Assembly (NCBI GenBank): GCA_951406725.2
Contig: OX597829.1
Span: 15,996,001-16,060,000, forward strand
Reading direction: 5' to 3'
DNA: 64,000 nt
Origin: Octopus vulgaris
Lineage: Eukaryota
How positions within the stretch are numbered: position 1 is the first letter of the stretch; every line of letters begins with the position of its first letter. Shown here in pieces: positions 29,314 through 42,384 of this stretch. The position numbers were made by a program, and so were the translations under genes. The notes beneath the pieces are model-generated. The model was not told the DNA's origin. It searched no databases and worked only from the letters and a program-made list of their open reading frames with translations.

Positions 29314-29950
29314 TATACAATTATAAACAAGGGCAAAAGAAAAAAGATTTCTATGCCAATATGCTGAGAAATAGACTTTAAATCGTCAATCGCCACATAC
29401 ATTATACATTCACCATGAATACACGACGTGCTGAAATCGAGGAAAGCGAGCTAACAGAATTTTTTAAAATACTTTATCTCTATATTGAATCAATTTCGGG
29501 ATTAATCCAACGGATTTTCCCCACATCAGCAGAGAATACGATAGGAAATAAATGAAGTACTTACAGGCTCCCATGGAAAAAAAGCAGAAGCAAGTGTCAG
29601 GTATACACATAAGTACCCCAAATATATCTAAATATAAAAATTCCGTAGCGAGCCTTATCACACATGTAATCGGTCAGGAACCACAGCTTAGATTGGTCAC
29701 CAGTCCCGAAGTAAATGGTAATGAATTTACTTCTAATATAGGATAAAATTTTTTTCAAAAAATTTCATCAAGTGGCCAGTATATTAAAATACCTTTAAAG
29801 GTGAAAATTATAAACAATTATAAATAAAGGCAAAAGAAAAAAAAAATTTCTATGCCAATATGCTGAGAAATAGACTTTAAATCGTATTTTAATAAGCTGG
29901 CCACTTCATGAAATTTTTTAAATAAATTTTATCCTATATTAGAAGTATAT
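29314..29950 (-). mobile_element. PLE terminal relic with direct and inverted duplications and a degenerate hammerhead
   Basis: 29314-29386 is repeated at about 29806-29885; 29728-29792 is inverted at 29884-29947; minus strand CTGATGT-GGG...CCC-GAAA at 29494-29529. Confidence 0.65.
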
Positions 29951-29952
29951 TA

Positions 29953-30131
29953 GGCGTAGGAGTGGCTGTGTGGTAAGTAGCTTACTTACCAACCATATGG
30001 TTGCGGGTTCAGTCCAACTGCGTGGAACCTTGGGCAAGTGTCTTCTACTATAGCCTCAGGCCGACCAAAGCCTTGTGAGTGGATTTGGTAGAAGGAAACT
30101 GAAAGAAGCCCGTCGTATATATGTATGTATG

Positions 30132-30169
<38 letters not shown>

Positions 30170-30525
30170 AGTGTATGTTTGTATGGATATATATATATAT
30201 GGAGGTAGGTAGGCGGGCAGGCAGGTAGGTAGGTAGGTAGGTAGGTAGGTATGTAGGTTGGTAGGTAGGTAGGTAGGTATGTAGGTAAGTAAAAGGCAGC
30301 GAGCTGGCAGAACCGTTAGCACGCCGGGCGAAATGCGTAGCCGTATTTCGTCTGCCGTTACGTTCTGAGTTCAAATTCCGCCGAGATCGACTTTGCCTGT
30401 CATCCTTTCGGGGTTGATAAATTAAGTACCAGTTACGCACTGGGGTCGATATAATCGACTTAATCCGTTTGTCTGTCCTTGTTTGTCCTCTCTGTGTTTA
30501 GCCCCTTGTGGGTAGTAAAGAAATA
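29953..30525 (+). mobile_element. Family B SINE head, (TAGG)n, then family A SINE (30293-30525)
   Basis: Both heads are recognisable; the family A copy lies inside the (TAGG)n tract. Confidence 0.85.
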
Positions 30526-31729
30526 GGTAAGTAGGTATGTAGGTAGGTAGGTAGGTAGGTAGGTAGGTAGGTAGGTAGGTAGGTAGGTAGGTAGGTAGGT
30601 AGGTAGGTATTCATGTGACACTTCATTTTCGTAACTCAGTTTCACGACTCCAATCCATAGGTAAAAAAGTGTGTGATTATTAACAATATTTGAAGAAAGT
30701 AAAGAAGCTGAGTAAGAACATTTATATCCGACATTTTTATACAAATCAAAATATCATTTGTCGACAGGATGTGAAAGGTTGCCCAAAAGTGCGTTATAAA
30801 AAACTTTTTTGTCCCTTCTATGTTTAGCCCCTTGTGGGTAATAAAGAAATAGGTGTTGTCTCAAGTTTTTGTGTCTTGGCAGCATTGTTGTTGACGATAC
30901 TAGTACTAGGGTGGAAGCCATTTCCTTAGATTGTAATCGATGCTAGCATTCCTCAAAAAAATCTTATACAGACTTCTATACGCATGTACAAATGCATGGT
31001 CAACTCTGAACGATTGCGCCACTTAAATCTGTGTAACTACACCACCAAACCTAGCCTTTAGATCGGAAGGAATGCTAGAGCGTCGGTCAAATTATTTGCG
31101 TAATTAAGTCACGGCCCTTTATTTTGTGGATGAAAATCCTGCCGAAATCAGCTTAGCACTTCATCCTTCTGAAAAGTGACAACAATATAAGTACTGACCA
31201 ATTACTAGAATACATTGACACATGCAAAACGGAAGACAAATGGTAGCGAATGAAACTAGGGATTCGTAAGTTATACAAGTTGCTACTGAAAATAAACCAA
31301 AGGCAAACAAATCAAGCCATTCCAGAAGTTTTAATTTCCGTAGCCATTCTCTTTTCTCTCACCAATGACACATAATTATGTTCCAGCCACAAGCATAAAT
31401 AACCTTCTTTTTTGTTTGTTTGTTTGTCTACTTTCTCCTTCTCTTCTTTCCAACCTCTTCCACCTTGTCTACTTTTTTCCTTCATCTTTTCTTTCTTTTC
31501 TTCTTTATTATTGTTGTTGTTGTGTTTTGAAGGCGTCGAATTGGTAGAACCGTTATAACGATATGGTTGATGAAAAATTAAGTTGATTTAGGACAATTTT
31601 GCCAATAGAAGACATTGGAAGATTGAGTAAGAACCCTATTTCTGTGAGAATATAAATAAATAAGAGTCCCCCCCCCCTGGTATTTTTTATAAACACTCAT
31701 TTATTGGGTTTTAATATGGCTTCTTCTGT

Positions 31730-32510
31730 TAGTACGTCAGACAAAATGCTTAGCGGAATTTCGTCTGTCGCTACGTTCTGAGTTCAATTTCCGCTGAGGT
31801 CGATTTTGACTTTCATCCTTTCGGGGGTCGATTAAATAAGTACCAGTTACGCACTGGGGTCGATATAATCGACTTAATCCGTTTGTCTGTCCTTGTCTGT
31901 CCCCTCTATGTTTAGCCCCTTCTGGGTAGTAAAGAAATAGGTATTTCGTCTGCCATTACGTTCTGAGTTCAATTTCCGCTAAGGTCGACTTTGCCTTTCA
32001 TCCTTTCGGGGTCGATTAAATAAGTACCAGTTACGCACTGGGGTCGATATAACCGACTTAATCCGTTTGTCTGTCCTTGTTTGTCCTCTCTGTGTTTAGC
32101 CCCTTGTGAGCAGTAAAGAAATAGGTATTTCGTCGGTCTTTACGTTCCTTGTTCAAATTTCACTGAGGTCGACTTTGCCTTTCATCCTTTCGGGGTCGAT
32201 GAAATAAGTAGCAGTTGAACACTGGAGTTGATGTTATCGATTTAATACTCCCCGAATTTGCTGGCCTTGTGCCAAAATTTGAAACCATTAATGTTGTTGT
32301 TGTTGTTGTTGTTGCGGTGAACTGACAGAATCGTTAATACGCCGGGTGTTCTGAGTTCAAATTCCGCCGAGGTCGACTTTGAATTTCATCCTTTAGGGAT
32401 CAATAAATTAAGTACCAGTTGAGTACTGAGGTCAATCTAATCGACTTATCCTTCCCCCAAAATTTCGGGCCTTGTGCTTATAATAGAACAGATTGTATTA
32501 TTATTATTGA

Positions 32511-32574
<64 letters not shown>

Positions 32575-33240
32575 GATAAGGCAGCGAACTGGCGGAATCG
32601 TTAGCACGCTGGACGAAATGCTTAGCGTATTTCGCCTGTCGCTACGTTCTGAGATCAAATTCCTCCCAGCTCTACTTTGTCTTTCATTCTTTCAGGGTTG
32701 ATAAATTAAGTACAAGTGAAACATTGGGATCGATGTAATCGACACATCCTCTCCCCCAAAATGGCTGCCTTTGTGACAAAATTTGAAACCATCAATATTA
32801 TTATTGAGATGAAGGCGGCGGGCTGGCTGAACCGTTAGCAGTAGGGTGGGATGTTTAGCAGCATTTTGACCGTCTTTATGTTCCGAGTTCAAATACCACC
32901 AAGGTCGACTATGCCTTTCAATCATTCTGGGACGATGGAACAAGCACCAATCAAGTACTAGGATCGAAGTATCGACTCCTCTATCCTTTCAGAAACCGCT
33001 GGCCCTTTGACAAAATTTGAAAACATTAATGTCGATATGGCAGTATCGTTAGCGCGTCGGACAAAATATTAAACATTTCTTAAGGTTCTTTACGTTCTGA
33101 GTTCAAATCCCGTGATGGTAAGTTTGACCTTTCCTTAATTGGGACAGGAGCAATAAAATAAAGTACCATTTGAGTACTGGGAACAATGGAATTGACTAAA
33201 TTTCTTCTCAAATATAGCTGGCCTTTTGTCAAAATGTGAA
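31730..33240 (+). mobile_element. Array of family A SINEs including a fixed-junction trimer (31730-32290)
   Basis: About seven cores; junction GAAATAGGTATTTCGTC at about 31933 and 32118. Confidence 0.88.
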
Positions 33241-33295
33241 GCAACAACTATTACTACTACTACTACCACTACTATACTACGACTAATACTATTAC

Positions 33296-33331
<36 letters not shown>

Positions 33332-34429
33332 CACAAATACTGCCACCACTAATACCACGGCCACACCACCACTACCACTACCACTACTACTACCATCATA
33401 ATTACTACTGCTACTACAGCCACTATCATTATCACCACCACCAGCATCACCTTTACTACCGCCATCACCACTACTACTACTACTATTACGACTACCACCA
33501 TTACCATTACCCCCACTACTACTATGACCACCACCATCACTACAACCATTATTACAACCACCACCACCAACACCACCACCACTGCTACTACTACTACCGA
33601 CACCTATATATCCTTCTTCGTTCTTTATTTTACTCTGCCATCTTTTGAATTCTGTCTCTTAATTCTTACTTCGTTGACGTTGTTGATGTTGTTGTTGTTG
33701 TTGTATTGCTTTTCGATGCTGCTCTCGTCCTCGTCTTCGCTCTCCTTTTTCCTCTTCCACCTCCTCTTACTCCTCCTCATTCTTCTACACTTACACCTCT
33801 TCCTATTACTTCTTCTCTTTCTATTTTCACCTTGTTCTTCTATCTTCTGGCTTCTGTATTATTTACCATTTATTCACGCTGCCATCTGCACTTGTCTGCT
33901 ATCATGCGCAGATGATATTTCAGACAGTCTACGACACTACAGCCACCACCACCCACCTTCAACGCACCACACTTATTTCCAGTGAGAATTATCATTTTCA
34001 ATGTTGTCTGAACTTGTTGTTGGTTTATGTTGTTGTGGTTGTTGTTGTTGTTGTTGTTGTTGACACGGATATCCCGTGAATGAAGCCATGTAAACAATAG
34101 AATTATGTTTACGAAACGTTTCAAATGCATACAGACGGGCGTGATCTTTTGTACATACATAAGCAAAGTAATACACTCATGTATGCATGCACACACACAT
34201 ACACACACACACAAATCTGTATGTATGTGTGTATGTGTGTGTATGCGTGTGTGTATGTCTGTGTGTGTATGTGTGTATGTTTGTATGTATGTATGTTTGT
34301 ATGTATGTATGTATGTATGTATGTGTGTGTGTAGGTGGGTGGGCACACACACGCAGGGTGCGAGCGATATCTGAGAACTCTTAATCAACAAACCAATTAA
34401 ATGGCTTTTTTTTCTATTCCTCTCAGATC

Positions 34430-35860
34430 CTTCATAGCAGACACATTGCTAACACAAGAAATGAAAAAAACAAGCTGAACATTTTTGCCATTTGTGTGGA
34501 ACACAGCGATTTAGAAATTACCAGCTTTTTAAATGTTACAAAATCATTTGCGCACAAAGTTTTGACACAGCTTAATTAAAAGGCAATGGCGTCTAATTTT
34601 GCTGCATCAAAAAGAAAAAAAGCCAGATTCTAAATGTTTGGACACGATAAGGATACTGCAATTCAACTTACGGATTCAATAGATCATCGATAATGATCCT
34701 GAAAAATCATTGAGAGCCATCTTTCAGAAACGTCGGGTGTTGAAGTGGACTATCAGAACTGGTGCACCACACTTTCTATGGTCATTCAAAACCGTCCAAG
34801 GGTGGTCGTGCACATCTTTACATTTCCCCAGTCACCCCGCAAAGCCATAAAAAAAATCAATAGAAGTGACTATTTTGTGAATTTTCTATCCAAAACCCAA
34901 TCAAAATGCCCGAAACTTGATACGCCAATTGAAAGCTTGCTAGCTATATGTGATTGGTCGAAGATTTGGACAGTACTCGCGTGTATGTGCGCACGCACAC
35001 AGCTGTATATGCATGCACTAGCACTATAACTCGGCGTTGCCGGGTCATATTGCTAATTGGTTATAAATCGTACGTACTGAAGAGAAGCCAGTTCATGTCC
35101 GCAAAGATAAAGGGAAAATGTTTGATCCTTGCCAACCGGTTAATTAATAAGGTTAACATAAACATGATAAAGACCAAAAGTTTAACAGCTACTTTATGGG
35201 CAGGTCTTTCGGATGTTCCCGACACTTTGGTAAATTTTTACCAACCCACCCCCACGCTTAAATTGGCAAGATTTCCGCCCGTCCCTCCCCCATAAAATTT
35301 TTTTTTAAATATATAAAAATATAAAAAAGTCTAACAGCATCTTTAAGGGTAGGTCTTTTGGATGTTCCCAGAATGATGGATACTAAGTTTCCAGCAACTG
35401 AGACGGTTTTAGGAGCGATGAACATCGAAGTTCACGTCATACCAGCTCACATCTTGCTACAGTATGTTAGAATTATGCTGCTGAATATGTTGAGGTGCTG
35501 GAGATATTTGTTAAGCCCTGCATGGAGGAAATACATATTGAAATATTATATATATTTCAACAAGACTGAACACTTTCTCACAACGCCCGCATGACACAAG
35601 AACGGATATCAGACAATCATTACGATCATGTGACCACCAAACATGCAGCCTCCAAAACCACCTGATTTAAATCCCATGCGTTTGGAGCGTTGTTGAAGAG
35701 GAAACTAAACACACATCCTCACAATACCATATCTTCACTGAAGGAAGCCATTGTGCATGTGATATTCTCAATGAAAGACGATCATTTGGTACAGACATGT
35801 TAACAATTCCGGTACAGCATTGAAGCAGTCGTTGAAGCTGAAGATTCTTAGAATAACTTT
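34430..35860 (+). pseudogene. Decayed Tc1/mariner-superfamily transposase (maT/DD37D-like) interrupted by a Helitron
   Basis: EHSDLEITSFLNVTKSFAHKV, YKSYVLKRSQFMS, TKFPATETVLG, YIFQQD, PPKPPDLNP, WSVVE. Confidence 0.8.
34773..35056 (+). mobile_element. Non-autonomous Helitron, copy 3 (5'-truncated)
   Basis: Collinear with copy 2; terminal hairpin has loop GTT. Confidence 0.82.
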
Positions 35861-35970
35861 ACAAGAAACCTTATTAAAAAAATACATTTGGTAATTGCTA
35901 GATTAGAGCTGTTTTATTAAATTACTATCGCTGACAAATATCTCTTCCAACCTCTACAAATATGCATGTG

Positions 35971-36047
<77 letters not shown>

Positions 36048-36100
36048 TTGTGTGTGTGTGTGTATGTATGTATATCTATCTACCTATTTATCTATCTATC

Positions 36101-36158
<58 letters not shown>

Positions 36159-36304
36159 TAGGTGAATGAATTATCCTATGTTTATCGCCAGCATGGAAAA
36201 TTCGTTTAACCGAAACCTGGGTAGCAAATTCACGTCAGAAACATGGTTGAAGCGACCTGTCAAGGGTAGAAACTCCGGGTTCATGTGCAGAAATTTGTGT
36301 GTTG

Positions 36305-36656
36305 TATATGAATAAATGAAAGAATGGAGTCGAACGATGATTTTAACAAAATTCCTTTACTCTTGACATATGTTTCGAAGACGGCATGTTTTCATTCCAA
36401 AGGAATAAAGGGTGCATTATGCAATCTTCCCATCAGGAAAGAAAGGGACCTCTCTCGACAACAAGACAAACAATCATCGAAATTTTTGTTTGTCTTGTTG
36501 TCATGAGAGGCTCCCTTTCTTTCCTGATGAGAAGATTGCATAATGCACTCTTTATTCCTTTGGAATGAAAACATGCCGTCTTCGAAACATATGTCAAGAG
36601 TAAAGGAATTTTGTTAACATCTTCGTTCGACTCCATTCTTTCATTCATTTATTTAT
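36305..36656. repeat. Near-perfect palindrome (~165-bp arms, 12-nt loop), each arm containing a hammerhead motif
   Basis: Arms 36305-36473 and 36486-36656 are reverse complements with few substitutions. Confidence 0.95.
36512..36607 (+). ncRNA. Type I hammerhead ribozyme motif with intact core
   Basis: CTGATGA (36524-30), stem II GAAGA/TCTTC, GAAA (36584-87), palindromic CATATG, GTC site (36595); stem I CCTTTCTTT/AGAGTAAAGG with a C-A mismatch at the closing pair. Confidence 0.75.
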
Positions 36657-36665
36657 ATATATATA

Positions 36666-37343
36666 TATCTAATGTAGGATAAATTTTTTTTCGAAAAAAA
36701 CTTTATCAATGGCCAGCATATTAAAAAATACCTTTAACGGTTAAATTTATAAACAATTCATAAATGAGGGCAAAGGAAAAAGTTTCTAATGCCAAATATG
36801 CCGAAAAATTGGACATATTGTCCATCAACCATATAATTTTTTTCACAATACGCACGCTACTCGAAAAAAGGTCGACAGAAATTTCTAAAAAATACCATTA
36901 TTACCATATTGGACCGATTTCAGAGTTAGCTACTAAGAGCCCTCTCTTCGTCAGTGATACATGTGGCAAAAGAAATAAATGAGATACTTACTCATACCCA
37001 TGGAAGAAGCAAACACTAAGTCATGAGCACAACCAAGTACCCCAAATACATCCAAAATAGAAATACTCTAGCCCATTCGAGACACGTGCGATTTGAACTG
37101 AGGCTCTCACAGATTGAGATAGTCCGGAAGTGAACGCTTAAATTTATATCTAATGTAGGATAAAATTTTTTTCGAAAAAACTTTATCAATGGCCAGCATA
37201 TTAAAAAATACCTTTAACGGTTAAATTTATGTCGACCTTTTTTCGAGTAGCGTGCGTATTGTGAATTATATGGTTAATGGACAATATGTCCAATTTTTCA
37301 GCATATTTGGCATTATAAATTGCTTCCCCTGCCCTCATTTATG

Positions 37344-37347
<4 letters not shown>
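36666..37347 (-). mobile_element. PLE terminal relic with direct and inverted duplications and a hammerhead motif
   Basis: 36666-36750 is repeated at 37146-37230; 36755-36876 is inverted at 37231-37347; minus strand CTGACGA-AGAG...CTCT-GAAA-TCGG-TC at 36912-36954; (TA)n on both sides. Confidence 0.7.
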
Positions 37348-37431
<84 letters not shown>

Positions 37432-37959
37432 ATTATCGCCAAGCTAATATGGCAGTCCATAAATATAGGACGAAAGCTGCCGCTGATTAGCTCCAAGAGG
37501 TCATCGCCTCTAGCTAGTTATGTGACACACGAACCTGTGTTCATTATAATCTTCGAACAGGGGAGGTCAGCCACTTCCCCTTGCTGGTCTGGCATCTACA
37601 GACTAGTTTCAAAGTATTTACCCTTTATCAAATGGCAAATAACCTGACACCCTGAAACTGATAAAGGGCAAATACCCTGATACCCTGAATCCGGTTGTGT
37701 GTGCGTGTATGTCGCACAACCGCTTGATTTCTGGAGTGGGTTTGTTTTATGTTCCCGCAGCTTAGCGGTTCGACAAATGTAGCCTGTAGTATAAATACTG
37801 GACTTAAAATAAGTACGTGTTGGGTGGGGTATTAAACCCTTCAAGAAGCCTGCAATCCAATTACTGAAACAAGAAAGAAATAAAAGACCAAAAAATATAA
37901 CTGCATGTAAAAAAAATACTTTTGATGTATTTGATAGACAGAAAGAGGTCTGAACTTAG

Positions 37960-39000
37960 TATAAGCATCGACTCTTTAGATGGTACTGTAATATGCGATC
38001 ACGTGATATTGAATATCTTAAATAACTTAAACAAAAGTTCATTTTTATTTATTTTGGGCTGCTTCTAGGTGATATACAAGCTATCTCAAAAAATGCAAAG
38101 GAATATACACCAACACTTTCTGCTACAAAATCATTTTAAAAGTAGAAGGAGCACAGCTAATTTCTTGGATGCCATCCTAGATATATATATATGCACTCGC
38201 TCGTACAAAGAAAGTCATAAGTAAAACTCACATAAACACAGGCTGATAATATCCACTATGAGAGCTCAAAAGCATATCAGGAGTATAAAACGGTTTTTGA
38301 GTATAAAAATGTTTCAAAAATTAATTTAAGTACCCCACAATACTAAGCGCTTTGCAAGAAAAGAAAGGCATCTAAGTGCCAGTTGTTTTATACCATTATT
38401 TGCTAACCGTTAACTCGAGCATAACAAAAACGTCCCTCGGTTAAATAGATAAGCAGGTCCCCATTAGCTATAAATAGAGAAAACTGTTCAGCCAATATAA
38501 CCATATGAAACAAATTATATCTAATATGCCTACCTCTTTTCCTGAAGCCAGTTACTCACATAGAAACACCGATACATGTCCGCCGACTGGATCCTGCAAT
38601 GCAGAACTCATCATATATAAGACAGACAGCACATGAGACAGAGATTAAATCAACCAACGCAAGACTTGGCATCACAATGAATCACTACAATAGCATGAAA
38701 GAAGAAACATTCAAAGCAAGAGTTTACTTTCACAAACAATGATAACTGACACGCCACAAGGTTGTATTTAATCTTCAAAAGGAAAAGCAGCAAATTATAA
38801 TATCAAATGAAGAACCGTTAAAATTTCTAGATCTTATATGCACAACAACAAAAGATTCGGCCACTGCATCACAAAGAAAAGATTGAGCCTTAGAAATTCA
38901 CTAGAGTTAGTGATATATTTACTTATTAAGTCTGAACCGCTCGGTAAATGTAAACATGTTGATAATTTCATGCAACAAAACTGGGTACAGTCACCTTCAT
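37960..39000 (+). pseudogene. Highly decayed Penelope-like RT/GIY-YIG ORF
   Basis: CPPTGSCNAELIIYK, TFKAR, NYNIK*RTVKISRSY...GHC, KSEPLGKCKH. Confidence 0.7.
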
Positions 39001-39358
39001 TGAGACATTGCGTTCATAAAGATGTGATGGGAAAGTACTCGGATGCAAAACTTTCGAATATGTACTTCCTTTCCCACGCGTTTTCCTCTTTTTTTTTTCT
39101 TTTTTCCAACTTGAAACTTTCGTGTCAAACTAAAACATATGCAATTTTTAGCCTCATTAAGACCTTTTTTTTTTTTAACTATAGCACTTTTAAAATTAAC
39201 TGTTAAATCAACAGATCCAATTATGGTATGAACTGATCTCCTTGCTCTTTTATCAACAGGTATTCCCTTTCCACTATAAAATATGAATTTAGACAAGGTA
39301 AATGTTTTCCCAAAGAGCTGAGAGTGTACCAGGCAGAACGTACCAACAGCAACAACAA

Positions 39359-39740
39359 GGAGGCGCAATGGCCCAGTGGTAAGGGCAACGGACTCGCGGT
39401 CGGAGGATCACAGTTTCGATTCCCAGACCAGGCGTTGTGTGTGTTTATTGAGCGAAAACACGTAAAGCTCCCCGAGGCTCCGACAGGGGGTGGTGGCGAC
39501 CCCTGTTGTACTCTTTCGCTCCAACTTTCTCTCACTCTTTCTTCCTGTTTCTTGTCCCCGACTTCCTACGCAACCGCTGAGCCTGGATGAGCATTCATCC
39601 ATCCGTCGATGCTCTCGGTGTCGGGGGTTGACCTGCTTTCTCTTCTGCAGGTCTTACGAATAGCAAAGGACCACGTTTCGGACTTCTCCCACTAGAGAGG
39701 CGCGATCTTGCGAGCTCTGGGACGAGGACCGCTGCGCTCA
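39359..39740 (+). mobile_element. Family C SINE with LINE-like tail and CAG/CAA repeat end
   Basis: tRNA-like head GGAGGCGCAATGGCCCAGTGG; ends in AACAGC repeats. Confidence 0.82.
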
Positions 39741-39909
39741 ACAGCAACAGCAACAGCAGCAACAATGACAACTACAACGATGACAACATCAACCACAATA
39801 ACAACAACACGAGTAATTATGGTGTGGATGGGATAAGGGATTAGACTAAACAATGGAAAACAATTTCCGGTTTTGTTTCTCTTAACAGACATTAATCACT
39901 GTAAGCTAC

Positions 39910-39940
<31 letters not shown>

Positions 39941-40484
39941 GGTGGTGGTGATTTTGTTGTTCTTGTTCCAGTTGTTTTTTTGCCAACTGATGTTGTTCTT
40001 GATGTTCTTGTTGCTGCTAATACTGTTTTTATTATTATTATTATTATTTTTACTGCAATCCACCTTTCCATTAAACAAAAATTTTCTTTTTTCTATTGTT
40101 ATTTTTGTTGCGTACGAAAAAAAATTAGTGCGCGCGCGCGCTTGAGTGTGTATGTGTGTCAGTGTATGTGTGTGTGTGATGTTTATCTTAATTCCCTCCT
40201 CCAAAGTTTGGCTTCTGCAAGTTTCAGGAATATATAAATGTCCACGCAAAGAAATGATATATAAATGATTAAAAATTTCACACGAAATATAATTAACAAA
40301 ATAAAATCTACTTTTGATAATTTACGATTCTTATGTTTGATAATTTATATTTCATTCATTGATAATGAGTATAGCCATTCTCCCCCCCCCCCTACTCACG
40401 AATCGACTTCATTGCAGCTGCTCACTGTCTCTCCTCGTGTCTATTTGCATAAATGTTTCTCTTCTTTATAACTCTTTCTCCAAC

Positions 40485-40530
<46 letters not shown>

Positions 40531-40573
40531 CTGTCTGTCTCTATATCTATATCTATCTGTCTATCTTTCACTG

Positions 40574-40633
<60 letters not shown>

Positions 40634-41255
40634 ACACACATACACGTACACACATATATATAAATATATAGGTACATGTATATATATATATTTATATATA
40701 TGTGTGTACGTGTATATATATATATATATATATATATAGGAGATAAATAAAAATATATGCATACATACAAACATATATGTACGTACCTACATCTACATGT
40801 ATATATACATGCATATATAAATAATTATACGGGAGTACAATATATATATATATATACACATACATACACGCACACGCAAACACTTCAAAAGAAATACAAA
40901 GCGATATTTGTAGCAAGAGAGAGAAGATAGATTCAAAACATGGAGGACAAGTGGGAATTTCCACTAGACAACTGGTGAATGCCAAATATTAGATCAGTAA
41001 GTGAAGCAGCGTTTCAAACCATGTGATAAGAGAAATTATGATCGAACGGTACCAAGAGCTATAATAACTAAAGAGACCTGTCTGGAAGAGAATGGAAGGA
41101 ATGAATAGGAATAAGGAACAATGACAGGTAAAATGCAAGAAGAACTGGATATCAAATATGCATATGATCTGTAAGATGTGGGTCAGAAGTGTGACATACT
41201 GCGAATACCAAAAGTATGAATTGTATATGCGTGCGTGAGTGTGTGCGCGTGTGTG

Positions 41256-41398
<143 letters not shown>

Positions 41399-41679
41399 GT
41401 ATATATATACACACACATATAAGTATATATACATATAAACATATATTAGATTATGCATATACACATCATATATATATATATATATATGCATATATGTTCA
41501 TGTATACATAAATATACTTACATATATATATGTATGTATATATATATATATAAGTATATATAAATATACTTATATATATATATTAGTATATATATATATT
41601 AGTATATGCATATACACATCATATATACAAACATGTTCATGTATACATAAATATACTTATATATATACATATATAGGCA

Positions 41680-41751
<72 letters not shown>

Positions 41752-41769
41752 CGTGCGTGTGTGTGAAGC

Positions 41770-42330
41770 GCTGCATCGGCCCTCATCAACACCATGAAGA
41801 GAAAAAAGTGTGAAAATGCTGATAGACCATGTAATGAAAATAGCAGAGTTACGGGAACAGCTAATTAGCAAGATAATTAGCCGAGATGAGATACAGTTTG
41901 AATTTATGCCTTGAGATTATGCCAGTTCGGTCTACTATTGGCGCCATTTTCTTAGCGAGACAACTAGAAAAGTTCCTAATTTAAAATAAGACATTATATC
42001 TAGCATTTGTCTGGGAGACGGCTCCATGAGATAGATGAAGAATCGTGAAAGTTGTCTTCGGAATCATTGTCAACAAGGTGATTGTTAGCGGTATGTCCAG
42101 CTCTGTTGAACCATTTATCTGGTCTGTCAGGGACCAGTTTTTAGTGTCCCCACTTCTTTTTAGTTTAGCAGGCGATAAAAAAAATGGGATTTCAAATTCA
42201 GCTCTCTGTGAGATCTGTTGTAGACCAATGGACCTTGTTGTCATCGCAGCTGCCTCACCAAATAATTACAAACATGAAATAAGAGAATAAGAGCATAGAA
42301 TTAAGAAATCTAAAGTTAAACCTAGCGTGA
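41770..42330 (+). mobile_element. Decayed RTE-like RT fragment
   Basis: IDHVMKIAE, DEIQFEFMP, STIGAIFLARQL, YLAFV. Confidence 0.6.
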
Positions 42331-42384
42331 CGTTTGGCGGGGTAGGAAGCATAGGGTGATCTAGTCGTAAGTACAGGTCTCAGA

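Noticed and set aside
39665-39695. Minus-strand GTCC-GAAA-CGTGG-TC
   Set aside because: No matching GGAC or CUGANGA upstream; it lies in a SINE tail.
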